Shown: positions 38,421 through 52,730, numbered from the stretch's first letter. The stretch: DNA of 64,000 nt from Octopus vulgaris (GCA_951406725.2 OX597840.1:36270001-36334000), one strand, 5' to 3'. Made by a program: numbers and translations. The notes: generated by a model from the sequence alone, not told the origin.

Positions 38421-39199
38421 CTCTCGCCAAAGCTCAGATTCCTTTGCTTATTTCTTCGAAGAAAAATTCCCAGAATTTCTATACATTTCTCAAACAAATT
38501 GCTGAAATTTATCAACACTAAACTCTACCTTCTCCTCCTTAATAGCTTTGAAGTACAAGATCATGATGCCATTGTGAAAAAGATCAAATCTGAGTTCTTG
38601 ACCTGTGTATGCACGAAAACAGCGGCAAAGGCGTACACAAGTATGCCACACCAGAAATCATTTTGACAGCTTTCTTCAAATTATGCCAATGTGATCTTTT
38701 CGCTCGAACACTGTTGTATGTTAAAGTTCCCGTGTACTATACCTGGGCACACAATAAATGGATCAGATGCAAGCAAATAGCTTGCGTTGAGGGCTGGGAA
38801 CAAGTATTTAACAGAACGGGCACTTGAAATCCAGTTTGATGAAGAGGCTACAGAGGAGCACCAAAAGCTTTATTGCGCCAGTTTGTAAATGCTTCTAGAA
38901 ACAGTTTGCAACCGTGGTAATTCATATTTCGCATTCTTACTTATATTATTTTTGTAGTTTCAGAAATGAGCACTCGAGTACTTGTTTCAACTCCATCTTA
39001 AACTTTTTTCTTAATGCTGGAATGGCGAATCGTGCTTCCACTACATTCGGTGCTGGTTCGTGATCATGACTATTGATTGTTGAAATAATTATAGGTTTAC
39101 CTGCTTTATTCTCTGTATGAACACAAACACGACATGTATTGCGAATCTCACAGCGCTACAGATTCCATGTCTCATCGGAACTAAACTTATGAAAGTCGT

Positions 39200-40740
39200 A
39201 AACATAAGTTCATCAATCAATTTGTCTTTGTTTTTCTCACTTTTTAAATATTTTGCCGTCATATTGGGGTTTCTTAAAATTGGAAATATTTATTATCCTG
39301 TGGACGAACGAACTCAATTGTGGACAAAATGACCGGAAAACAATTTGAAAAATTGTCTTGGACCAAATTTAGATTGATGAAATCAGTAAAATATGTTACC
39401 CTTTACTTAGAACAGGAAATTAGGGTTTGCATCAGAGGGGTCAATGGGAAAGGAACTAAAACGAAAGGAAAAAAAATTAAACTATGTAGAAACCCTGGAT
39501 TATGTCCCCTTGATTGGGGATTATCTAATTACTAAAGCAAAGCATTAAGGATGAGGAAATTTAGATAAGTTTTATAAAGGTAGTACGGTAAATTTTAAGG
39601 CTCTACCATGCTTGCATCTTATATACACGATCTAATGAGGAATAATGAGAGTTATTCTCTGGAATGGTCAATTATTTCGAGAGCCCCTTCCTTCAGAGTA
39701 TATATAAATCATTGTAAGTTGTGTGTAAAAGAATCTCTTGTCATCCTTAAGTCTTTTGGGCCAAAAATTTTGAATAGATTTACTGAGGTGACCCCTTTTT
39801 GCAACAATAAGTTTTCCTCCACCTTTTTTACAAGTGTATAGAAATAAAAGTAGATGTAATAAAATTGTGTAGCGTTACGGGGATTTGAAACCGGCGAGGT
39901 TGAATTTCTGTTAACTACAGCCACCTAAATATTTAGCAATAGACTTTTTTTTTCATTAGAAAATTTGGACTGGTCCGTCTATTAAAGTATATAAGCTTTT
40001 CATTAACCGTATAAGCTTTTCTGTTGGTTTCTGAGGTGGGGGTCATCGCTGTGTTGCACTTTAGTGTAAACTGCAGTGGTGACCCGAAATGGCCGTAGAT
40101 TATATGTGAATGTTGAATTTGACCTTTTGGATGTACCTGAGTGGAGAGATTAAAGGACTTTATTTTAATTTTTCAAGATGTCTGTGAATTTGACCCGTGG
40201 AAGTTTGTTTACTTCGGAACTTTGGACGTACTCGTATGAGGTAAGTAAAAGACTTTTGTCAAATATTTTTAAAATATTTTAATCGTCTGATAAAGCTTTT
40301 TTTTTATACTACTTAAGAGCAGTGGTCCCGGTGCGCGCACTCGCGTATCCGCGCTAGCTAGTCATGACTAGTCGATCCTTACTTTGAGTTTTTGTGTTTT
40401 ATTTACTTTGTTCAACAAAATTTATTTACTTTGTTTAACAAAAATTATTTACTTTGCTAGGTAGTCGTTGGATGTTTATTTTATTTTTACCTTATTTTAT
40501 ATTTGTCTTAGATTTTTGGTTGTTTTTGAATTTTTAGCCCTTTATACATTTTTGATAGGCCGTTTTATTTATATTTTATTCGATTATATATTTTTACCTT
40601 CTGTGATTTTATGTATATGTATTATTTTTATGTATTTAGGAACCATGGTGATTTTTATATACGATTAAATGTTTGTGGGGTGATGTTGTATGTAAAGTCA
40701 TTGGCCCAAATTTAAAGTTTGTTCTATAACCAATGCTCTT
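39200..40740 (+). mobile_element. Penelope-like element 3' part (GIY-YIG C-terminus plus pseudo-LTR)
   Basis: LASYIHDL...YSLEWSIISRA...CKLCVKE...ILNR.TE...C, followed by a hammerhead-like motif at 40027-40100. Boundaries are approximate. Confidence 0.7.
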
Positions 40741-41029
40741 TGATATATATATATATATATATATAATCGTTCACGTAACATTTATGTAAATAATGATATT
40801 TTGAAAACAGAAGTGTTTAATATCTAATTTCATCTGTATATATGTGTGTGTGTGTGTGTGCGTGCGTGCGCATTTGTGAGAAACTGATAATTACAATTTA
40901 TGTCAAAACTTCGGAGTTTATCAGCATCTCTCTCACTGGCACTCTTTCCCATTCTGTCTGTTGTTTTACTCTTCTTTCTTGGGATACTGGAAGGTTTACT
41001 TGTGGAAGCTCCTAGAAGCTTGTTCACCG

Positions 41030-42090
41030 GTCCTTTTTCCTTAGTACAATTAATTTGTCATGTGTAGTACAACACTTCGACAGTTGTAGCAAACAATAAC
41101 AGACTGGGTCAAATTTTGCAGGAAGCTCCCTCAGGTGCAAGTCAAGCCTGTTTTTGAAGGCATTGACCGATGGAGCTGCGACCACACTGTTCCAGGTGGC
41201 GGTCACACGCTGTACGAAAAGGCAGCTTCTAATGTTGAGCCTGCATTGTGATCTTTCCAATTTCAGGCTGTGTCCTCTCGTATTTCTGCCTTGGAAGAAG
41301 TTGAATTGGGAGCGGTTGGTCAGATACAGGCTGTGCGTATACTTATACATGTTGATCCTATTCCCCCTGAGACGGCGATGTTCGAGACGAGGCAGGTTTA
41401 GTGCAGCCAAGCGCTCTGGGGGTATAGCTTTCTTTCAAGGATGCAATGAGTTTGGTGGCACACCTCTGAACATCCTTCATCTCACAATACAATGCCTTAT
41501 GCCGGGGTTGCCAAAGCGTGTGTCCATATTCAAGAATCGGGCGAAATAGAGACTTGCACAGCTGGATGAAGACAACAGGGGGCGATGAAGTCAAATGATC
41601 GTCGGATGACTCCAAGGATTCGATTTGCTTTTGCAGTTGCTTGGTTTATGTGGTTCCTGAAGGTCAGCCCTTTGTCGATCAAGACGCCCTTCCACCTCAC
41701 TTTCTGCTAGCTCCACCACAGTCCGTCTTCGGATTCTCCACTCTCAAGACGGAACCACATTTGCCGGTTCATCGACCACTCGCGAAGGCGATCCAGGTTA
41801 TCTTGTAGCGTTGTCATGGTCACATCAACGTTACTCCTTGCGAAGATCTTTGTGTCGTCAGCAAATAACCTGACGTGGCTCTGGACATGCCGAGGCAGAT
41901 CGTTTATATACATGAGAAACAGTTCTGGCCAACGACACTGAATTGTGGGATGTCATTTGTCACCTCTTTGACTTCACACCGTTGACACAGACTCATTGTG
42001 ACAAGAAGTCCTGGATCCACTGAAGGACATTTTCCTTGATACTGTGAGCTTCTGCTTTGGCTACAAGCCTACAATGTGGGACGATGTCGA
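41030..42090 (-). mobile_element. CR1-clade LINE 3' fragment
   Basis: YINDLP...LFADDTK, RPILEYG..LW.P, LEHRRLRG, TRGHSLKL and WNS...SVNAFKNRLD motifs. Confidence 0.88.
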
Positions 42091-43328
42091 ACGCTTTCAT
42101 GTTTCTCCGTTAGCTTTGTAGCAAATGCTGTCACTGCTTTAGCATCTCCCATTTCATGTTTCTTTACTCTTCTTTCCGTTCAGTGTGACCGACACACTAT
42201 GCATTTTATAAGATATAACAGGCTTTTTTCAGTTACCATCTACCAAACCCACACACACAGCTTTGGTCAACTTGAAGGCTATAATAAAAGACACCTGTCC
42301 AAGGTGCCACAAAGCAGGACTGAACCTGAAACCATGTGACTGGGAAGCAAACTTCTTACTGCTCAGCCATGCCTGCATTATTCCAGTAAATGTTAAATAT
42401 CTATCAAACAAAGAACTGGTATTTTCTAGACGTATATAAAACCCTTTTCTACAGTTAAAGGTAATAAATTTGGGAAATGGTATATCTGATTTCTGAAGTA
42501 AAAGGATTAACCTACAACTAATTCTGTCACATATTCTGGACACTTCTATGTTACCCCACCATTTCTCTGCTATTAGTATGCCTACTCCACTTAAACTGGC
42601 ATTGTTACTTACCTGAAGAATCTACACCTGTATTCTTTGCCTGTGATGGAATGATTGGATGCTCTTATGACAACAGCCTATTTGATGCAACATGTGCTGT
42701 TGAGGCTTCATGTGAATGGAAAGGTGCCATTCTTACCATGACTCTAGCTTTTGTATGTAGTCTTGCTTTGCAACGATCTCTCTACTCGCATTACCAACAT
42801 TTCAATTTATGGTTTGTTTTTGCTTACTTGGTCTGTATAGAAGAAATCCACTGGAAAAAAAACTTTAATTATCTACATTTTGGCAATATTTCACCAGCCA
42901 TAAAAGCAGTGAACTGACAGAATTGTCAGCAGGCTCAGCAATATTTTGTCTTTATTTGTTCTGAGTTTAAATTTCATTAAATTCGACTTTGCCGTTCATT
43001 CTCCATATATAAATACACACAAACACTTCTATACAACTCACATAGTCTCATATGCATATAATTATGTCAGGACAGAAGCAAACACACCCAATTGTCATAA
43101 TTCTACCGAAAGCAAGACAGAGTGTCTAATGAGCTGCCAAGAGGGGAACATTCATGACTCTTTCAATCAACAAATGAAGGGAAGTGGGATACAAAGGTGT
43201 GTGCAGCTTTGGCAGTCTGAGTGTTAGAGCAGGGGTCACGCCTGTCTGTCAATCATCACAAAATATCAAGGTACAAAGCAATTCTTTGAAAAATAAATAA
43301 GAAACACAAATAACAAATTCAATAGAAT

Positions 43329-43334
43329 TTTATT
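43329..43334 (-). terminator. Candidate polyadenylation signal of ZNF gene A
   Basis: AATAAA on the minus strand about 180 nt after the stop codon, followed by a GT/T-rich tract. Confidence 0.4.
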
Positions 43335-43510
43335 TTATCTTAAGAATCCATAATTCAACGTGGCAGTTTGCTGCAAAGTCCCTTAGAGTAAAATAGATGC
43401 CTCCTAGAATCCATGAAAATCATCATCACCATTTTCATATACACTTTCCCATGCTTGCATTGGTCGGACAAAGCTTATTATTGACTGATTTTGCACATCT
43501 GTCAATAATA

Positions 43511-44866
43511 TCACCTCTCTTCTGTATGAATGGATCTGTGTCTAGTTAAGTCTTTCATTTGACAATATGATTTTCCACAGATATCACAGTGATATGGTTT
43601 GTCTCCTGTATGAATGCGTTTGTGATTAGTTAAGTTACTTGCTACAGTAAATGATTTACCACAGATATCACAGGTATAGGGTTTCTCCCCTGTGTGAATG
43701 CGTTTATGATTTGTTAAGTTACATCTAACAGAAAATGACTTACCACAGACATCACAGTGATATGGTGTCTCTCCTGTATGAATATACCTATGCCTAGTTG
43801 AGTTACTCTTCAAAGAGAATGACTTACCACAGATATCACAGGGATATGGTTTCTCTCCTGTATGAATATATTTGTGTTTTCTTAAATTACTTCTGACAGA
43901 AAATGATTTACCACAGACATCACACGGATATGGTTTCTCTCCTGTATGAATGCGAATGTGATTAGTTAAGCTACTATTGGCGAAGAATGATTTGCCACAG
44001 ATATCACAGCGATATAGCTTTGCTTCTTCATGATTCTCTTTGTGACTACGGAGGAGATTTTTATCAGAGAAAAATTTACCACAGATGTTACAGTAACAAC
44101 GTTTCTCTCCAACATGAGTCAGTTTGTGCTGAGTTAAATCTCCCTTTAAGGAAAACAATTCATCACACATATCACAGTGATAAGGTTTCCCTCCTGTGTG
44201 AGCATACTCGTGTGCAGTTAAGTACCATTTTTGAGAAAATCCTTCACCACAGATACTACAGTGATATGGTTTCTCTCCCGTATGAATATATTTATGCGTA
44301 GTTAAGTGACTGTTTTGAGAAAATGATTCACCACAGAAGTTACAGTGAAACGGCTTTTCTCCAGTATGGGTCCGTATATGTTTAGCTAAAATATATGTCT
44401 GAGAGAATGATTTATCACAGAAATCACATTTATATGGTTTTTCTCCTGTATGGCTTTTTATGTGTCTTGTTAAGTGAATAATCTGAGAGAATGATATACC
44501 ACAGATATCACAGCGATATGGTTTCTCTCCTGTATGAATACGTTTGTGTTTAGTTAAGGTACTTCCATCGGAGAATGAATTACCACAGATATCACAATGA
44601 TGTGGTTTCTCTCCTGTATGAATATAGTTGTGTCTAACTAAATGATGTTTATGAGAAAATGATTTACCACAAATTCCACAGCTATATGGCTTTTCTCCAG
44701 TATGGGAATATTTGTGTGAATTTAAACTATCTGCACGCGAAAATGATTTACCACAGACATCACAGTTATGGGAATTAATGCATTTGTGAGTGGTGAGTGT
44801 AACGGCCTTACAAAATGACCTTTTACACATATCACAGTTGTAGGATTTTTCTAATACTTTTGGCAT
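43511..44866 (-). CDS. C2H2 zinc-finger array protein A (15 fingers plus a degenerate N-terminal finger)
   Basis: 451-aa intact ORF of tandem CxxC-x12-HxxxH units with TGEKPY linkers; no KRAB/BTB. Upstream acceptor tttcag; exon starts at 45073. Confidence 0.93.
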   Translation of the reverse strand: MPKVLEKSYNCDMCKRSFCKAVTLTTHKCINSHNCDVCGKSFSRADSLNSHKYSHTGEKPYSCGICGKSFSHKHHLVRHNYIHTGEKPHHCDICGNSFSDGSTLTKHKRIHTGEKPYRCDICGISFSQIIHLTRHIKSHTGEKPYKCDFCDKSFSQTYILAKHIRTHTGEKPFHCNFCGESFSQNSHLTTHKYIHTGEKPYHCSICGEGFSQKWYLTAHEYAHTGGKPYHCDMCDELFSLKGDLTQHKLTHVGEKRCYCNICGKFFSDKNLLRSHKENHEEAKLYRCDICGKSFFANSSLTNHIRIHTGEKPYPCDVCGKSFSVRSNLRKHKYIHTGEKPYPCDICGKSFSLKSNSTRHRYIHTGETPYHCDVCGKSFSVRCNLTNHKRIHTGEKPYTCDICGKSFTVASNLTNHKRIHTGDKPYHCDICGKSYCQMKDLTRHRSIHTEER

Positions 44867-45692
44867 ATCTCAGGGAAAAGATGGACTCCGTTGGAGTTTC
44901 TCACATAAATTTCCAAGTGATTTTCTTCTTTCACCAGATTAACCAGAATTCACCATGGATTTATACAAACAAGGTTAAAAGTTACAACTGTTCTGTACAA
45001 CATCTTTTCTCTTAGTCATTATAAGATAATAACGATGATGTGGCTGAAGTTAATTCTGTTCTGCCAATGTCATCTGAAATAAAAAACAGAATAAGATATA
45101 AGGGACACTTAAGAAGTTAGGATTCAACAGTAGAAATTTTACAATGTTCTTCTTGATAAAATGTAAACAAAACTCTTTACATGAATGACTCAACTTATCC
45201 AAAGTATCTATATTTATGATAAGAGATAGATGTGTGTGTGTTCCAAGGATCAAGGTATAGGAAGTTGGTAAGCTTCAAGCAGTCTGTAGAAAATATAAAA
45301 GACAACTTTCAGAAACAATAGTGCTTTATTGACGTAGAAAGTTCAATAAGCTGAATAAAAGTTATTTTATAGTTCATGGTTAGCAGCTGGGGTTGCTGTG
45401 TATGTGAATAAAAATCCAAATTTAGGAAATGAAGTGAATAAAATTCAGGCTACATGTTTCATTGCTAGCAGAATCTCACATGTAGTAATTGCCCAAATAT
45501 AATCTAATGAAGTTTGCATTGTAATCAAGGGGCCCTATATTAACTCACAGGAGATAAGGTATCTTTGGTCCGACAAGTAGCTGGGGGGTTACCCCTCATT
45601 TGGGAAATTATTACTTCTGATGTTCTGCTAGCTATGAAAATATATGTGTCCTGAATTTTGGATACATATGTATATATATACATACATACACA

Positions 45693-46423
45693 CAAGGGTT
45701 GGATAAAATAATGGAAATACCTTAAAATTTCAAACAAATTCATTTTAATAGGGAGTAGGACTGCCTTTGGCAGTAATTACAGCTTGAATTATACAAGGTA
45801 TAGACTCGTACAAAGTTTGAATTGTTTTCAAAGGAATTTTTGTCCATTCTTCAACTAAAACAGTCTCCAGTTCTTGTAGAGATGATGGTGGAGGATATCG
45901 ACTCCTTACTTGTTTTTCTAAAATACACCATAAATGTTCAATAATTTAATATTTGGGGACTGTGGTGGCCTGATAACCTATGGGTTCTCTAGGTGGTCAT
46001 TAAGCTCTGCAGTAATTTTGTGATCCTTTCTAACAATTCGGGTAGGAATCCGACAGACCCTATCTGAAAGTTTTGGTTTTCTTCTGGAGTTTTGTTTCAA
46101 TGAGGTTTTTACCCTCTTTGTCAAAGGCTGTCATTACTTTTGAGATAATACTTCTTGCTACACCAAACATTTCTGCTGTTTTCGTTAAGCTAGCACCTGC
46201 CATATGAGCACCAACAATCTGACCTCTTTGAAAGTCTGATAGATCTGTCATTTTCATGAATTTTAATTACCTTTTTCTGATGAAAACAGCAATTTTAGCA
46301 AAACATATTAAGCAATACTAATAATAGATCAAAAAACATGAAAATAAACAAGCTTTTGATGTTTTTATAGAGACTCCAAATTTATGATGCTAGGTGTTTC
46401 CATTATTTTGCCCAACCCCTGTA
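45693..46423 (-). mobile_element. Internally deleted Tc1-like transposon (same family as 12217-13178)
   Basis: Both TIRs present (gggttggataaaataatggaaa / tttccattattttgcccaacccctg); N-terminal MTDLSDFQRGQIVGA; the catalytic middle is missing. Confidence 0.88.
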
Positions 46424-46940
46424 TGTATAAATTTGAGTAATGTTTCTCTGCCTGCTACATTATGTTCATTAACTCCTCCTAAATCATTAGTGTATGGACA
46501 ACAAAACGCAAACCAGCAACTCCCCTAATCCCAGGCAATGTCTTTAGAGGATCTATTTTTTTAAGGGCCCCACTGATCCCCCACCCACTATTTTTACTGC
46601 AACTAAGTACATGGCATTGGCGACCAAACCAGAGCAATAACAATGATTTTTATACCATTAACTCCTAGGGAGTATCACAAGGAGGTTCAATTTCTGAAGG
46701 GCTGCTTAAATGGGGACCCACTGATCCGTTTACCTCGCTCCTTCACTTATTTATTAAACTATGATCAGCATCAGTGCTGAACACATTTGCAGAAATATAT
46801 TTCATTACACAAGGGTAGAGGACTATGAAGCTGCCCAACTGTGGGGCCCGAAGGCCTCAAAGGTGCTCTCCACAGGAGATAGCTGGAACGCTGCCCAAAG
46901 GGCGGTTTCAGAACTAGTATATATTTATATACATACATAC

Positions 46941-46971
<31 letters not shown>

Positions 46972-48344
46972 TAAACAGTCATACCTATTTATTTACTGCC
47001 CACAAGGGGCTAAACATAGAGGGGACAAACAAGGACAAAGGGATTAAGTCGATTACATCGACCCCAGTGCGAAACTGGTACTTTATTTATCGACCCCGAA
47101 GGGATGAAAGGCAAAGTCAACCTTGGCGGAACATAAACATACATATATATATATGAAGTTCGGTTTATTGGAAAGATATAGGAGAACAATTAGAAGGTGG
47201 CCAGATGTCACATAAGTGTCCTAGGAATGAGTGATCACACTAGTGTGGAAATTATTAATTCCAGGGAGAAGTGACACATATTTTGGAGAAGATAGGAAAA
47301 GCTGAAAATGGAGACAAACGCTCAAGATGAAGTTGATTCATATCTTCGTATCACCGACATATGTTTCGACGGCTGCATTCAAAATAAATTTCAAGTTGCC
47401 TTTTGTAGATGTATGTCAGTTGGTATGTGTGAGCGCCCGACAATTTGTCTCTTTGTCCACATTAAATTACGACGTTATCGTAATCTACACGCTCTGAATG
47501 ATATATATGTAGAAAATTTCATTAAAAAATACTAATTTCTCTGGAAGTTATGAGGAAACAAAACCCGATTCGTGTAAACTTCCCGAAACTCCTTTGTCCC
47601 GCTCGGAAATGTTTTCACAAATTCCCATATATTCGTCATCTACACCACCTGAATGGTATTTGTAGAGAATTTCATTTTGAAAATAATTTATTTTTCAGTA
47701 AATGACGAAGGATCAAAGCTGGGGTGGGCACACATGTGTAGGTGTGCCAAAGTAGCATCACATTCATAAATTACTTGAATAAAAGGCGGTTTTAGGTTTC
47801 AAATACACATATAAGCATATCTGGGATCCGACAGTGCAGCCCAGGTACAAGAGTTGTAGGGTTTTGAGGAATGAGGAACTGCCTTTTAACCACTGTTGGT
47901 CTTCGGTCTACTCTGACAAGGATCGGTAGCACCTGTTAGGGTCCAATCAATGGGATAACTAGCACGTGAAGCCCTGGGAGTAGTAATGGGTCCTTAGTTC
48001 TCTTTAGTACTTACTTTTAGAAGGTAAACTCGTATAAAAACAAAAACCTGAAGTGGTGTTTGTTTCTGTATTGTACCCTTGGTTTTATAGCTGACTGCGC
48101 CAAAAAGTGGGCGCTGTGCAACAGGCACAGAGAAGTCTTGGACTTAATGAGTTTCAGAAATGGTTAGGGACCCTAATTCGGTCGCGAGTTGACTTCCACC
48201 AAATCCGAATTCCTTTGGAAAGGTTTTGGGGCGATCTTTGCACCAGAGATCGTTAAACAGTCTTCCCTAAACGATACAGTAAATAAATACAGTATGGCTG
48301 GTAAATATGTATTAGAAAACAGTAGATAAATATGATTACTTTAC

Positions 48345-48470
48345 CATGTCGTTATGTTTCATCGGAAACGGATTTTCTCTCCGATGAATCGGATGAAAAT
48401 AAAGACATTCGCCTGGCGACCCACCGCGACGGCATCAAGTGGCCAATATCCGTTTGCGCATGCGTATCAC
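48345..48470 (-). promoter_or_regulatory. Putative promoter and short first exon of ZNF gene A
   Basis: Donor ATG|GTAAAG at 48345/48344; locally CpG-rich; CCAAT at 48443-48447 (plus strand); TGCGCATGCG (NRF1-like) at 48455-48464; paralogous to 56945-57070. Confidence 0.65.
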
Positions 48471-49445
48471 GAAATACAAGGCAAACGAATGTGAATTGAC
48501 TGCAGCAGTCTCGCTGGTCCAACGGATCGAAGAGCTCCAATCGAACAAATTCATCCCCAGGACTTATTGATTGTATGTGTTTGACGAACCGCTATGTTAC
48601 AGGGACATAAAGAAACAAGCACCGTTTGTTAAGAGGTGTAGGGAGACAAACACACATATATACCTTTCGGCTGTTTCAGTCATTACTGTGCGGCCATACT
48701 GGGGCACAGCTTTGATTTTTTTTTTAATCAAATGAATCGACCTCAATACTTCTTTTTTAAGCCTGGCTTTTATTCTATCGATCTCTTCCCAACACTGGTT
48801 GTCAAGTGGGGGTGGGGGAACAAACATAGACGTGTATACATACATATATACAACAGTCTTCTTTCAGTTTCCATATAGCAAATTCACTGTCAAGCTTTTG
48901 CTCAGCCCCAGGATATAGTAGAAGACACTTGCCCAAGGTGCCCTGCAGTAGGAGAGAACCTGGAACCATGTAGTTGGAAAGCAGGCTTCTTCCCACACAG
49001 CCATGCCTGCACCTATAGCCACGTATGACATATCTTATTTCAGTTTCCGTCTAACAAATCCACACGAGTATTTTGTTGTCCCAGGGCTATTAATTGAGAA
49101 AGCTATTCAATGAGACGACTACACCTGCATTTTGCATGAAATTTGTCACAGGTAAGTTATCCAAAATGCTAATTACAATTAAGATGACGGAATTTTTTTA
49201 AAATCCAGTATTTTTATACTTGGACCACCTCGTTGCCTGGAAGTTGAATAAAAACTGTCTACACCTTTGTTGCTTGGATGGATGTTATGCATTTAAGGCT
49301 GGCTATGAATGATATAACACCAATAATTTAAATTTTATTTCACTGCACAAGTAACATTGTGGCTGGTCATGAATTATAAAAGTTCCACAATAAATCAACA
49401 CAATTTATCATCAACGTCCATTTTCTATATTGGCATGGGTTAGAC

Positions 49446-49757
49446 CAGATGTGCTCAACCCTTTTCTATCTATGGACCCCTTTGATTACTATTTTATTCT
49501 GGTGGACCCTTATACCTATTCGATGTTTAAAACTTGTTTTATAGAAATTTCTTTCAAAATTCCTAATTTGTTTTTCACACATTAACTTCTGTAGCTTGAA
49601 CTATGTAAAATGTTAGAAAAAAAAACCCAGCAGTTTCTTGCAATACCAAAACCAAATATTTTCAGGGGTCCTTAAAATATTATTGTGGATCCTCAATTTA
49701 CTGTTTTGTTGCATGGTCCCTCGAAAATCTTGTATGGACCTCACTTGAGAACCATTG
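49446..49757. mobile_element. hAT (Charlie-like) MITE
   Basis: Termini CAGATGTGCTCAA / TTGAGAACCATTG with an exact 8-bp target-site duplication GGTTAGAC (49438-49445 and 49758-49765). Confidence 0.85.
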
Positions 49758-50383
49758 GGTTAGACAGTTTGACTGGAGGTGGTAAACTAGAGGGCTTCCA
49801 TGGCCCCTATTTTGTTCTTAGTTTTTGTAACAGTAATAACCTGAAACCTGTGATTTCTGACAGCTACTAGTATTGGTTGTTGTGGATCTTCTTGAAGTAG
49901 GGCTGGAATAGATGGTATCAGGTGAAAGTCCATTGTCAAAAGGGTTGAGTTAGCAGGAACCCTATGCTGTTTGTTGGGTATCATATGTAGGTCCTTAGAA
50001 TTCCTAAGCTTAAAGTTGTTAGTGTCAGCAAGGTTAGAGGTTGTGGAGTAAGAGAGATTATGTATTTTTTGAATATTTAATAGTATTTGTAGTGTTGTGG
50101 AAGTTTGTTTTAAGTAGATGAAATTTTACTTGAAGATTGAAAGGGGGGAATTATAACAGGTAACTTTCTCATTTCTATTCTTCTTCTCTTAATGTTGGTG
50201 TTATTAAAGTTTCTTATTCTGAGGAGTTAGGGTTTTAACTGACACGGTGCAGGAGTGATTTGTGGGCCTGGGCACAGGATTCTCAAGTTGATTTATTATG
50301 ATTATGCAAATGAAGTTTTAGGGTGTTGAGTTTGGTATATAAAGGATCTTTTCTGAGTATCCACTCCTGGTAAGAGCTTCACT

Positions 50384-51070
50384 GATTCTGCAAAGAAAGA
50401 GGCTTGGAAATGCCATTATGAAAGGCTGCTAAATGAAGAGAATGAGAGTCTTCCAAAAGTTAACCCAACTAAGGGACCAGCTATCCATATCAATAGTACC
50501 TTGGTGGATAAATCAATTAAGGATATGAAGATAGGGGAAGCCCCTGGTCCATCAGGAATCACCACTCAGATGCTTACTGTTACAAAGGTAAAGGTGACAC
50601 CTTAGATAGAAATAATTACAGAGGTATCAAATTGTTGGATCAGGTGATGAAAGTCATGGCCCAGTTAATTAGTCTAGATAAGATGCAGTTTGGTTTTGTG
50701 CCAGGGAGAAGTACTCTTCTATATTTCTGGTAAGACAGCTGCAGAAGTAGAGAAGTTTCAGGTGTGGAAGCAAGGTCTAAAATCGAAGGACCTTAGAGTT
50801 AACCTAGCAAAAACCAGTGTTAGTAAGTAGGAAAGCAGATAAATCACAAATACCCTCAGGTAGATGACCCTGCTCAGTCTGTAGGAAAGGTGTAGGTAGA
50901 AATTCCATAAGATGTACCCAGTGCAAGCAATGGTTACATAAAAAAGTCAGCAATATCAGGAAAGTTAACAGGGAAAATAGTTTTTGTGTGGTAGGTGCAC
51001 AGGTACAATTAACACTAAAAACGTGCAGAAAATAGACTCCATCAAATGCCAAGGGGGGAAACTGGAAGAA
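50384..51070 (+). mobile_element. RTE LINE fragment with multiple internal deletions
   Basis: Collinear pieces of the RTE ORF (EAWKCHYERLLN, KGKGD.LDRNNYRGIKLLDQVMKV, PHD-like region). Confidence 0.82.
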
Positions 51071-51398
51071 TCAGGTCATCAATAATGAAATATTCTATTT
51101 TCAACTGAAACTTAATTTTATCTCAACAAAAAGTAATGCACCTAAATTATCAACACAATTTTACCATTTTATTGGTAGCTTATTTATGCTAGCAGTGAAG
51201 AATTCTAGAGGGCAAGAGGTGACACAAAATGTTTCCTTGCAAAAAATTGTCTAATGCCTGGAAAATGTGTCCGACAAATGGGAACAGGAAACTCTGAGTA
51301 ACAGTTTTGTGTGCGGCTTTATTAAAGCATATTTCTCTACCTCCAGGATTCAAGTATTATTTTTTCCACCTTGTTTCATGTCTATGTGCTTACACTGG

Positions 51399-51431
<33 letters not shown>

Positions 51432-51645
51432 ATATATATTTATATATACAGTATGTAATAACAAAATATTTTCTTTCATGATTTCGATATTTATTTTGAA
51501 TATAACAAAACAACCTTCTGAGAATATATTTCTCACCTACAGACCAACAATGTCCCATGAATCTAAAGTATATTTTGTCCTTTTTGGAAAATATCAGATG
51601 GAGTATATGTCAGTATTATAAAAGTCAGTGATTCTTTTGTTTGTA

Positions 51646-52730
51646 TGAAGAAATAGTTGATAGTTTCCGTTACCTAGGTGACCAAGTCAGTAGTGGGGGC
51701 GGGTGTGCTGAAAGTGTAACTGCTAGAGTAAGAATAGCATGGGCAAAGTTCAGAGAGCTCTTACCTCTGCTGGTGACAAAAGGCCTCTCGCACAGAGTGA
51801 AAGGCAGACTGTATGATGCGTGTGTACGAACAGCCATGCTACATGGCAGTGAAACATGGGCCGTGACTGCTGAGGATTTGCGTAAGCTCGCAAGAAATGA
51901 AGCCAGTATGCTCCGATGGATGTGTAATGTCAGTACTCACACTCGGCAGAGTGTAAGTACCTTGAGAGAAAAGCTGGACCTAAGAAGCATCAGTTGTGGT
52001 GTGCAAGAGAGATGTTCGCGCTGGTATGGTCATGTGGCGAGAATGGATGAAGATAGTTGTGTGAAAAAGTGCCACACCCTAGCGGTTGAGGGAACCTGTG
52101 GAAGAGGCAGACCCAGGAAAACCTGGGACGAGGTGGTGAAGCACGACCTTCGAACTTTAGGTCTCACTGAGGAAATGACTAGAGACCGAGTCCTCTGGAA
52201 GTGTGCTGTGCGCGAGAAGACCCGGCAGGACAAGTGAGTCCATAACCCGTGGCCTTCTACATGGGATGGAGCCAGCCTATGTATGCATACCTTCCCTTCT
52301 TGGGACACAAAACTCTACTTGTGAAGACCTGTTGAGGCAAGTGAGGATCAGAATCGAAATCGATCAATGGAAATTGCAGATGTGTTACCAGTGCCGGTGG
52401 CATGTAAGAGAACCTTCCGTTTCGCGACCGTTGCCAGCACTGCCCCGTTTCGTTTCCGTTGCCAGCCTCGCCTGGCCCTCGTGCCGGTGGCACATAAAAA
52501 GCACCATCCGTTCGTGGCCGTTTGCCAGCTCTGTCTGGCACCTGTGCGGGTGGCACGTAAAAAGCACCCACTACACTCACGGAGTGGTTGGCGTTAGGAA
52601 GGGCATCCAGCCGTAGAAACACTGCCAGATTTGACTGGGCCTGATGAAGCCTTCTGGCTTCACAGACCCCAGTAGAACCGTCCAACCCATGCTAGCATGG
52701 AAAACGGACGCTAAACGACGATGATGATGA
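51646..52730 (+). mobile_element. Young RTE LINE 3' fragment
   Basis: Uninterrupted C-terminal ORF (51641-52237) ending RGRPRKTW...W...V; full 3' UTR and (GAT)n tail. Confidence 0.92.

Noticed and set aside
43987-44301. Plus-strand ORFs with YHRYHSD repeats (also 53991-54221, 60516-60746)
   Set aside because: Antisense shadows of the zinc-finger arrays.
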